In this document: in pieces, positions 27,739-35,458 of the stretch
Layout: the number at the start of each line of letters is the position of its first letter
Position numbering within the stretch: the stretch's first letter is position 1
Origin: a candidate division WOR-3 bacterium
GTDB taxonomy: Bacteria > Hydrothermota > Hydrothermia > LBFQ01
Assembly (NCBI GenBank): GCA_027050205.1
Contig: JALUCS010000118.1
Location: forward strand, 4,382-68,381
Length of the DNA: 64,000 bases
Reading direction: 5' to 3'
Notes under the pieces: generated by a model
The model's database searches: none
What the model was told of the DNA's origin: nothing
The model's input: only the letters and a program-made list of their open reading frames with translations
Made by a program: the position numbers and the translations under genes

Positions 27739-29115
27739 TTACGGCATACAGCGGGATAGGATGTCTATCAGGAGGCCGAGGATGAGGGCGTTGGCGAACT
27801 TGGCCTGTAGCTGGGCGGTGTAGAGGTCCAACATACCGGCCTGGATGTAGTTGGGTTTGAAGGCCCAACGCACAAGCTTTACGGCCTCCGGTAGGGTTAT
27901 GAGAGCCAGTAGGCTCCAAGGCGTCAGGACCTTCAGGATAACTAAAAGGACGAGGAGGACGTAGGCGGAGAAGACGAGGAGGGCGTAGTAGTACCTTGAG
28001 AGGTTTGGGCCTATGAGGGCGGCGAAGGTCCTGTATCCGCTCTTTACGTCGTCGGCTATATCCCGCATGTTGTTCCCTTGAAGGATGGCCACTATGAGGA
28101 GGGCTGCGGGGGCAAAACCGAGGAAGGGTTTCCAATCAAGGTTACCCGTCTGGACGAAGTAGGCCCCTACGGCTATGAGGGTCCAAGCGAGGAATACGGC
28201 GACGTCTCCGAGGGCGATGTACTTCCACCCCACCGGTATGAAGGCGTAGAAGAATCCGAGGACGAAACCCGCCCCTATCAGGTAAAGGAGCCTTACGTCG
28301 TAGCCCATAAGGTACCAGAGGGCGAGGCCAACCGAGAGGGCGGCGGCGTACAGGGCGAGGGAGAGGAGGAGGACCTCCTTAGGTCGGAGGAGCCTATCCA
28401 CGAGGACCCGGCTGGAGCCGAGGGTGTCCCAACGGTCTGCCCCCTTGAGGTAGTCAAAGAGGTCGGAGCTGGCGTTCACGGCGAGATGTACCAGGACGGC
28501 ACCTACGAGGGTGAGGAGGAAGCGGAGGGGATCAAAGCGGCCGGCGAGGAGAGTGCCAACGATGACGGCGGAGACGGTGGCGTATATCACCCAAGGGCGG
28601 GTCGCCCTTACGTAAAGCTGGAGGCGGGAGGGCCGGGGATAGACCTCCTTGAGCTTTTTAAAGGTTTCCCCGTTGAAGTCTATCTCAAAGCGGGGGAGGA
28701 ATCCGCGGCTAAGGTCCGTGACGAAGACCCGCTTGGGCCTTATCCTGACGACCGTCGTCTTGGGGTTGGCCTTCAGGAAGGGGACGATGGGGAAGTTCCG
28801 GGCGGTTATTAGGGACCTCTCCTCCGGATGCTCCTCCGTCGGGCCGAGTATCTCGGCCACCCCCTCCCCCTGGATGAACCGAGTCGGCTCCCCGTTCTCT
28901 ATTACGAAGAAGACCTCCGGGTTCCTGTGGATGTTCTGGAGGGTATGGCCAGCGTTTTCTAAGATGACGTATATGTAGCCGTCCCTGTCAGCGTAGTACG
29001 CTTTGGCGGACCAGACACCGTCCCCGTTGCGGGTGGTGATGGTCACCGTGTTGTTGGAGGACAGTATCTCGGCGAACCTGCGGAGTCTCTCCTCAAGGGT
29101 GAGCATAGCCATCAA
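27739..29115 (-). CDS. Fusion protein: N-terminal pyridoxamine-5'-phosphate-oxidase-like (FMN-binding split barrel) domain plus a C-terminal UbiA/MenA-family polyprenyltransferase
   Basis: The N-terminal ~160 aa are soluble (VILENAGHTLQNIHRNPEVFFVIEN). The C-terminal 8-9 TM region carries the aspartate-rich motifs NASSDLFDYLKGAD and NNMRDIADD, typical of MenA/UbiA. Confidence 0.65.
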   Translation of the reverse strand: MMAMLTLEERLRRFAEILSSNNTVTITTRNGDGVWSAKAYYADRDGYIYVILENAGHTLQNIHRNPEVFFVIENGEPTRFIQGEGVAEILGPTEEHPEERSLITARNFPIVPFLKANPKTTVVRIRPKRVFVTDLSRGFLPRFEIDFNGETFKKLKEVYPRPSRLQLYVRATRPWVIYATVSAVIVGTLLAGRFDPLRFLLTLVGAVLVHLAVNASSDLFDYLKGADRWDTLGSSRVLVDRLLRPKEVLLLSLALYAAALSVGLALWYLMGYDVRLLYLIGAGFVLGFFYAFIPVGWKYIALGDVAVFLAWTLIAVGAYFVQTGNLDWKPFLGFAPAALLIVAILQGNNMRDIADDVKSGYRTFAALIGPNLSRYYYALLVFSAYVLLVLLVILKVLTPWSLLALITLPEAVKLVRWAFKPNYIQAGMLDLYTAQLQAKFANALILGLLIDILSRCMP

Positions 29116-29600
29116 TTTTAAACGAGGGAGGGAAACCTATCCCAAAAGATCAGCATTACGGATAATCCGAACCACCCGGACGAAACTCCCCCTCTCCGTG
29201 CGTTTTTATCACCCGGTAAAAGGCGCCGTACAGGATAATGCGGGAGATCTGGCTCCTCCGTACGGTTCTGGGGATCCGCCTTGGTGGCCCGGTTAAAGGG
29301 GCCTTGTCCAAGGGCTATAGAGACAACTAAGCTCCCTCACGGGTATTGAGCTGATAGAGGGATACCCATCCGCCGCGCATGGTTCTATAAGGCCTCCGAA
29401 TTTCTTGGCCATAGGAAAAGGAGAAGGATATAGAGATACTTCACAAAAATGCTAAAAATTTGTAGTTAATGGCATCAAATTGCCAAAAATCCTACGGACG
29501 TTTCCAAAAACTTAAACTTATCCCAGTTTGATGAGACTGCAGAGTGATTCTCATTCCACCAGCAGAATCCTCCTCACGGATGAAGGGTGGTAGTTTTCTG

Positions 29601-29620
29601 AAACCGGACTTTCGGTTTTT
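29601..29620 (+). terminator. Terminator-like hairpin AAACCG-gacttt-CGGTTT with a short T tract, inside a long divergent intergenic region
   Basis: 6-bp stem with a 6-nt loop, followed by TT. The U tract is weak. Confidence 0.25.
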
Positions 29621-29836
29621 GAAGTTATGTTGAATAAAGTTCAAATAGGCAATTTTTTTAAAGTGAGTCCGAAATTAGGGTAGGTCGAAAACTAAACAAA
29701 CTTTCGGAAATAAGGAGTCCTATCCTATCAACGACACCCGTTGAAAGAAGCGAGGTACATCCCTCTTTCCGGGTGGAGATACGATTCCCCCTGTGAGGGG
29801 TACCCCCGTTGCTCTACCACAGTATAATCCCCAACT

Positions 29837-31291
29837 ATGTTGAGCCTCGTCATCTTCTTCCCGCTCCTTGCGGCCATACCGCTGTTTTTCTTTAGACCGG
29901 AGTGGAGAAGGACCTACTGGGTTTATGGGACGTTTGCTACCCTGTTGGAGCTTCTGTTTTCCTTGGGGCTTCTCGCCGGGTTTGACTTTGGCCACAGCGC
30001 GGAGTTCCAGTTCGTTGAGAGGTACGTATTCTTTGGCCTTGAGAACGCCCCGTACTACGTGGGGATAGACGGTCTGGCCCTCATCCTCATCCTCCTGACC
30101 ACCTTCTTAACCTTCCTCGGCATAGTGTCCTCCTACAACTACATCAAGGAGAAGGTGCAGGCCTACGTCATCACGATGCTCCTCCTGGAGACGGCTATGA
30201 TAGGCGTCTTCGCCTCCCTCAACATCATCCAGTTCTTCATCTTCTGGGAGGCCCAGCTCGTTCCCATGTTCATCCTGATAGCCCTCTGGGGACACGAGAA
30301 CCGCGTGTATGCCGCCTTCAAGTTCCTGATCTACACGGCCGTCGGCTCCGTCCCTATGCTGGCAGCCATAATCTGGATCTACCTCAACTACGGCACCTTT
30401 GACTATCCCCTCCTCCTCCAGACCCTCCCTAAGGCCGCTGCTGACATCCAGAGGCTCCTCTTCCTCGCCTTCTCCATAGGTTTTATGATAAAGGTTCCCA
30501 TGTTTCCCTTCCACACGTGGCTTCCGGATGCCCACGTTGAGGCTCCCACCGCCGGTTCCGTCATCCTGGCCGGCATCCTCCTCAAGATGGGTACCTTCGG
30601 CTTCTTGAGGTACTCCCTCCCCCTCTTCCCCGCCGGGTTTGATGCCTACAGGGGCCTGATAGCCGTCCTTGCCATAATTGGCATCATATACGGCGGCCTG
30701 ATGGCGTGGGTCCAGGCCGATATGAAGAAGCTCGTGGCCTACTCCTCGGTCGCTCATATGGGATTCGCCATGCTCGGCATAGCCTCCGGAAACCCCATCG
30801 GGATACAGGGGGCGGTCCTTGTTATGATAAGCCACGGTCTGACGACGGGCGCCCTGTTCTTCATCGTGGGTATGCTCTACGAGAGGAGGCACACCCGCCT
30901 GATAAGGGACTACTCTGGAATTGCCAACAAGGTACCTAACCTTTCAGCCTTCTTCGGTTTTATGGCTCTGGCCTCAATAGGTCTGCCCGGACTCTCCGGC
31001 TTCGTCGGGGAGTTCTTGAGTATGATAGGGGCCTACAAGGCCAACCCGGTCTGGGGCTACTTCGCGGCCCCCGGTGTAATAGTGGCCGCCATCTACATGC
31101 TATCGCTGATAAAGAGGGTGGTCTTCGGGAAGCTGGATCCGGAGAGCGCAAAGATGCCCGACGTATCCTTCCGTGAGGCCTTCATCCTCGCCTTCCTGGC
31201 CATCTTCGTCATCTGGATCGGGGTCTATCCCATGCCCTTCCTCAACTTCACGGATCAGGTGGCGGGACTCATAGTGAGTGTTCTGCACTGA
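29837..31291 (+). CDS. nuoM: Proton-translocating membrane subunit of the NuoM/NdhD/MrpD family
   Basis: 14-TM protein with conserved WLPDAHVEAPTAGSVILAGILLKMG. No other complex I genes are adjacent. Confidence 0.75.
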   Translation: MLSLVIFFPLLAAIPLFFFRPEWRRTYWVYGTFATLLELLFSLGLLAGFDFGHSAEFQFVERYVFFGLENAPYYVGIDGLALILILLTTFLTFLGIVSSYNYIKEKVQAYVITMLLLETAMIGVFASLNIIQFFIFWEAQLVPMFILIALWGHENRVYAAFKFLIYTAVGSVPMLAAIIWIYLNYGTFDYPLLLQTLPKAAADIQRLLFLAFSIGFMIKVPMFPFHTWLPDAHVEAPTAGSVILAGILLKMGTFGFLRYSLPLFPAGFDAYRGLIAVLAIIGIIYGGLMAWVQADMKKLVAYSSVAHMGFAMLGIASGNPIGIQGAVLVMISHGLTTGALFFIVGMLYERRHTRLIRDYSGIANKVPNLSAFFGFMALASIGLPGLSGFVGEFLSMIGAYKANPVWGYFAAPGVIVAAIYMLSLIKRVVFGKLDPESAKMPDVSFREAFILAFLAIFVIWIGVYPMPFLNFTDQVAGLIVSVLH

Positions 31292-31896
31292 TGGGTAAGG
31301 AGGACGGGGCCGGCCGAAATCGGCCTATCCTCTTGGTACTCTCGGCCCCATCGGGGGCGGGGAAGACCACCGTGGCCCGCAGACTTGTGGGGGATTACGG
31401 TTTCACCCACGTAGTAACGGCGACGACCCGCCCTCCACGGCCGAGGGAGAGGAACGGCATAGACTACCTCTTCGTGGATAGGGAGACCTTCCTCCGGTGG
31501 ATAGAGGAGGGGAACCTCTTTGAGTGGGCGGAGATCTACGGGAACCTCTACGGGATACCGAAGGACCACCTCTACAGGCCCCTGAAGGAGGGTAGGGACG
31601 TCGTCCTGACGGTGGACGTGAACGGGAAGAGGGCGCTTGAGAGGGTGTTCCGCGATGATCCGTCCGTCCGTTTCGTCAGCGTATTCCTGAAACCCCCATC
31701 TCTGGACGTCCTTCGGGAGAGGCTCCTGCGCAGGGGGGACCCACCGGAGGAGGTGGAGAGGAGGCTGAAGAAGGCGGAAGAGGAGATGGCCTGGGCCTCG
31801 GAGTACGACCACGTGGTCATAAACGACGACCTCACCCGCACCGTTGGAGAGATAGCGAGGATACTCGGTCTGGATGGACAGGATAGAGCGGATTAG
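31291..31896 (+). CDS. gmk: Guanylate kinase
   Basis: P-loop SAPSGAGKTT. GMP-binding region YGIPKD. The start overlaps the nuoM stop (ATGA). Confidence 0.85.
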   Translation: MGKEDGAGRNRPILLVLSAPSGAGKTTVARRLVGDYGFTHVVTATTRPPRPRERNGIDYLFVDRETFLRWIEEGNLFEWAEIYGNLYGIPKDHLYRPLKEGRDVVLTVDVNGKRALERVFRDDPSVRFVSVFLKPPSLDVLRERLLRRGDPPEEVERRLKKAEEEMAWASEYDHVVINDDLTRTVGEIARILGLDGQDRAD

Positions 31897-32590
31897 GGAG
31901 ATAGACGGCCTCATATCCTCCGGGGAGTACGACTCCGCCCTCGCCCTCCTTGGGGAGATGGAGCGGGAGATGAGGGAAGAGGGGGGAGGACCGCAGCTCT
32001 TCAGTGTCCTGTGGAGGAAGGGTTGGCTCCTCTACCGGAGGAGGGAACTCCGCGATGCCCTCACAGCCCTTGAGGAGGCGGCCGGAGTTCTGCCTACCGG
32101 GTCTTTGACCCCCTCCCTCCTCTACCGGATGGTCTTCGTACTCTCCACAGCCGGGACGGTCGCCCACGAGCTGAAGGAGTTTGAGCGGGCGATAGACTAC
32201 CACCGCAGGGCCTTGGAACTCCTTGAGGAGTTGGGGGGGTACCTCCCACCGGAGAGGTTCCACACCGATGCGGCTCGGTTGAGGAACAATCTGGCCAACT
32301 CCTTGGTGGGTGTGGGGAGGTTCTCCGAGGCGGAGGAGACCTACCTATCCGCCCTCTCCCTCCTCAATACCCTTGAAGGGGAGGGGGTGCCGCACCTGAA
32401 GGCCAACGTCCTCTACAACCTCGGCTCCTTGTACTACTACCTGAACGACGTCCGTTCGGCCTGCAGAATGTGGAGGGAGTCGCTGCGGATATACTCCGCC
32501 CTGTGCGAGGAGACTTATGGCGAGCCTTACTGCGAGAACGCCCGGAAGCTTGAGAGGTCGGTAAGGAGGAACTGCTCCAAGGAGACCTGA
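31874..32590 (+). CDS. TPR repeat protein
   Basis: Several TPR-like helical pairs (ALYNLGSLYYYLNDVRSACRMWRESLRIY). Confidence 0.5.
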   Translation: MDRIERIREIDGLISSGEYDSALALLGEMEREMREEGGGPQLFSVLWRKGWLLYRRRELRDALTALEEAAGVLPTGSLTPSLLYRMVFVLSTAGTVAHELKEFERAIDYHRRALELLEELGGYLPPERFHTDAARLRNNLANSLVGVGRFSEAEETYLSALSLLNTLEGEGVPHLKANVLYNLGSLYYYLNDVRSACRMWRESLRIYSALCEETYGEPYCENARKLERSVRRNCSKET

Positions 32591-32592
32591 AA

Positions 32593-33192
32593 TCACCTTT
32601 TCCTCCCCAAAACCACCATATAGCTCCTCTCAATATCGTTTATCTTCACCACCTTGACCGATAATCCCTCCTCCCGTGCTATCCGGACGTACTCCTCCGG
32701 CTCTATGAGATTCACGTCCATACCCGTCATAAAACGGTGGAAAGGCCTGTGGAGGACCGTAAACGGTGATGGGGCGGTGAGGGTTATAACGCAAACGTCT
32801 CCCAGTTCCTTGAGCTTTCTAAGGCCAGCGCGGTGGTTGAAGAGGACGAAAACGTGCATACTGACCACGACGTCGTACTCTCCCCTATGCTTGAAAAAAT
32901 CCTCTTCCAAGAACCTGACGTTGGGTAGCCCCAACCTCTTTCCCCTTCTAACGCTTCCGGAGGACGTATCTATCGCCGTTATCTTGGAGGATGGTAGGGC
33001 GAGGGAGAGCCGCTTTGTGAGGAAGGCGTCGGAAAAGCCCACCTCAAGGACGGTTTTGGGTTTTAGGGATACGACCTCCCGCAGTATGCTCCGAGCGGCC
33101 TCCCTACGGAACCAATACAGAGGCGGAACGAGAAACATCGTCGCCCTCGCCGCGGGTAGGCCGTAGTAGAGCGAGGATAGGAGACCTCTCAA
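32593..33192 (-). CDS. Class I SAM-dependent methyltransferase
   Basis: Motif I-like VLEVGFSDAF. Acidic post-II residues FLEEDFF. Motif IV-like VVVSMHVFVLF. Confidence 0.55.
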   Translation of the reverse strand: MRGLLSSLYYGLPAARATMFLVPPLYWFRREAARSILREVVSLKPKTVLEVGFSDAFLTKRLSLALPSSKITAIDTSSGSVRRGKRLGLPNVRFLEEDFFKHRGEYDVVVSMHVFVLFNHRAGLRKLKELGDVCVITLTAPSPFTVLHRPFHRFMTGMDVNLIEPEEYVRIAREEGLSVKVVKINDIERSYMVVLGRKR

Positions 33193-33257
33193 TTCCCTCT
33201 ATTCTACCTTCGTAGTATCCACTACGTTCCCCCTACAACTTTAGAATACAACCTTCA

Positions 33258-33339
33258 GCCGGGGTGGCGGAACTGGTAGACGCGCCAGATTTAGGATCTG
33301 GTGGGGTATCCCGTGCGGGTTCGAGTCCCGCCCCCGGCA
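33258..33339 (+). tRNA. tRNA-Leu (anticodon TAG), class II with a long variable arm; no encoded CCA
   Basis: Manual fold. Acceptor GCCGGGG/CCCCGGC. D-arm GCGG..CGCG with AACTGGTAGA. Anticodon stem CCAGA/TCTGG with loop TTTAGGA. Long variable arm TGGGGTATCCCGTG. T-arm GCGGG-TTCGAGT-CCCGC. Discriminator A. Confidence 0.8.
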
Positions 33340-33397
33340 TTCCGGTATCCGCATGCGTAGGTAAGTTCCATAACCCCTATCATCGTCCCTACAATTT

Positions 33398-33730
33398 TTG
33401 GTTCCGGAAATGGAGGAGAAACAGCACCTTTTAGATTTCGTAGAAAGTTTAACACGCAAAATACGGGACTATATGAGATCTCACGGCCTTCCATCTCCGA
33501 AGTTTAGGGCTTTCTTAGAAGGTGGTTCAAGAGTGGTGATGGTTTCAGAGAGGGAGGCCCTTTTCCCAAGGGTTGTTAGGTGCATCTTTACTCCTCCCAC
33601 CTATACGGTTATGGTGGAGGGTTTTGTGGTGGCATACGACACCCTAACCTCCTACGATGGCTCCAGCATAGAGGACAGACTGCTTAAGACCCTCTTTGAT
33701 GTGATGCTGGAGTACGTCATAGAGGATTGA
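33398..33730 (+). CDS. Small hypothetical protein (110 aa)
   Basis: Protein-like ORF. No recognisable motif. Confidence 0.4.
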   Translation: MVPEMEEKQHLLDFVESLTRKIRDYMRSHGLPSPKFRAFLEGGSRVVMVSEREALFPRVVRCIFTPPTYTVMVEGFVVAYDTLTSYDGSSIEDRLLKTLFDVMLEYVIED

Positions 33731-34146
33731 GGGGGCATACGGTCCCTATGGCTTTAGAATACTTGGTGATGTACCGGTTCATCCTAACCCTTACCGTCTT
33801 CCTACTCCTCTCCTGCGAACCTACCAAGGGGAAAAGGGGGGCGGACGGGAAGGTCCCGCAGGACGTACCTAAACCCTTGGTGGATTACGTCTATCCGGGT
33901 GCGAGGAAGGATAAGGTGTTCGTAGGGAGGGGCGTATCCGGGATTACTATGAGTACGAAGGACGATATAACGAAGGTGGCGAAATTCTACCTTGATAAGC
34001 TCGGCCTGCCCGACGATAAGGTCGTTTCCTCACAGTACGTCTCCTATCTCTACCACGTTGGCAACAGGGACATCATCGTCAATATTGAAAAATTCAAAGA
34101 AAGGACGAACGTCTCCGTATCCATCAGCGAGGGTCCGGGACGATAA
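33727..34146 (+). CDS. Lipoprotein, hypothetical
   Basis: Signal peptide with lipobox (FLLLSC). The likely true start is the internal Met of MYRFILTL, about 33769. Confidence 0.5.
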   Translation: MRGHTVPMALEYLVMYRFILTLTVFLLLSCEPTKGKRGADGKVPQDVPKPLVDYVYPGARKDKVFVGRGVSGITMSTKDDITKVAKFYLDKLGLPDDKVVSSQYVSYLYHVGNRDIIVNIEKFKERTNVSVSISEGPGR

Positions 34147-34184
34147 CATCCGGGTACCTTCCTCCAGTAGAATACCCGCCAGCC

Positions 34185-35255
34185 ATGAAAAGGAAGGTAG
34201 AGTTCCCCGCGATAGGGAAGATCTCGCCGGAGTTCTTTGACGAGTACATCTTCCCTCACCTTGGGGCGAAGAGGGAGGAGGTCATCGTACCTCCCCAGCA
34301 CGGCGTGGATACGGGCGTGGTCCGTATCGGCAACGGCAAGGTCCTCGTCTTCACGACCGACCCCATCTACATCCTCCCCGCATACGGTTGGGAGAAGGCG
34401 GCCTGGTTCGCCTGGCACATCCTGGCCTCCGACGTCACCACCTCCGGTTTCCCACCCACCTACATCACCGCCGACTTCAACCTCCCGATGGAGATAAGCG
34501 AGGAGGAGTTCGCCACCGTCTGGCAGGTCTGGGACAGGGAGAGTAAGAAGTACGGGGCCACGGTCGTAACGGGACACACCGCCCGCTACCCCGGAGTGAA
34601 TTACCCGATGGTGGGAGGGGCGACTTTTATGTCCCTTGCCGACGAGGATAAGTTCCTGACGCCCAAGATGGCGAGGCCCGGGGACGCCCTCATAATAACG
34701 AAGGGGCCGGCCGTTGAGGCCACCGGCATATTCGCCAGCCTCTTTCCCAACTACATATCCGAGAAGCTCGGACCGGAGATAGCCGAGGCCGGGGAGAGGC
34801 TCTTTTGGAAGATGAGTACGGTGGACGACGCCCTCACGGCCGTGTCCGTGGGCTACAGGGAGGAGGGCGTACGAGCTATGCACGACGCCACGGAGTGCGG
34901 CATCCTCGGAGGGGTGTACGAGATGGCCGAGGCCTCCGGTGTAGGTGTCGTATACTACAAGGATAAGACACCCATCCAACCCGGTGTCCTTGAGATAACC
35001 TCCCTCTTCGGTATGGAGCCTTTCTCCTCCATAAGCGAGGGTACCCTCGTCATGGCCGTCGTACCTGATAAGGCCGACGAGGTGGTCAGGAGGCTGAAAG
35101 AAAAGGGTATAGACGCTGCTATCGTCGGTGAGTTCCTACCCAGAGACAAGGGGATGTGGGTCGTAGAGGACGGTGTCCAGAAACCCCTTGAGCATCCCCG
35201 CGTAGACCCCTTCTGGTCCGCGATAGACAGGGCTTTGAGCGAAGGGTTGAGTTGA
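34185..35255 (+). CDS. AIR synthase-related protein (PurM-like superfamily, HypE/ThiL-like)
   Basis: PurM N-domain motif GVDTGVV..G..VLVFTTDPIY and a C-domain (ATVVTGHTARYPG, AAIVGEF). Confidence 0.7.
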   Translation: MKRKVEFPAIGKISPEFFDEYIFPHLGAKREEVIVPPQHGVDTGVVRIGNGKVLVFTTDPIYILPAYGWEKAAWFAWHILASDVTTSGFPPTYITADFNLPMEISEEEFATVWQVWDRESKKYGATVVTGHTARYPGVNYPMVGGATFMSLADEDKFLTPKMARPGDALIITKGPAVEATGIFASLFPNYISEKLGPEIAEAGERLFWKMSTVDDALTAVSVGYREEGVRAMHDATECGILGGVYEMAEASGVGVVYYKDKTPIQPGVLEITSLFGMEPFSSISEGTLVMAVVPDKADEVVRRLKEKGIDAAIVGEFLPRDKGMWVVEDGVQKPLEHPRVDPFWSAIDRALSEGLS

Positions 35256-35413
35256 GGGAGATAGTCCTGGCCTTCATAACGGGGTTCCTGACGGGCGTGG
35301 TCTTCTCCCTCGCCCGTCTCCCCATCCCCGCACCTCCAACCCTCGCCGGGATAATGGGGATAGTCGGCATATTCGCCGGCTACCTCCTGGTGAAGTACCT
35401 GACGGGGAGATAA
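35252..35413 (+). CDS. Small membrane protein, XapX-like (DUF1427), 53 aa
   Basis: Not in the ORF track because it is under 60 aa. It has a TTG start at 35252 with AAGGG 5 nt upstream. It translates to (M)REIVLAFITGFLTGVVFSLARLPIPAPPTLAGIMGIVGIFAGYLLVKYLTGR. The LPIPAPPTLAGI core resembles the XapX domain. A terminator follows. Confidence 0.45.
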   Translation: MREIVLAFITGFLTGVVFSLARLPIPAPPTLAGIMGIVGIFAGYLLVKYLTGR

Positions 35414-35444
35414 AAAAACGGGGGGCTTTCGCCCCCCTTTCCCC
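35414..35444. terminator. Bidirectional intrinsic terminator: A-tract, GGGGGGC-tttc-GCCCCCC, T-tract
   Basis: 7-bp GC stem flanked by AAAAAAA on the 5' side and TTTCCCC on the 3' side. It sits between the convergent XapX-like gene (+) and the 35459-37090 gene (-). Confidence 0.7.
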
Positions 35445-35458
35445 GTTATCTGCGGCCG

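Noticed and set aside
29241-29620. RNase P RNA on the minus strand
   Set aside because: The reverse complement contains GAAAGTCCGG, which resembles the P4 motif, but the other universally conserved blocks are absent. This is most likely coincidence.
28078-30892. ORFs 28078-28812(+), 28649-28978(+) and 30107-30892(-)
   Set aside because: They are antisense to the UbiA-fusion and nuoM-like genes, with E/G/D-rich junk composition.
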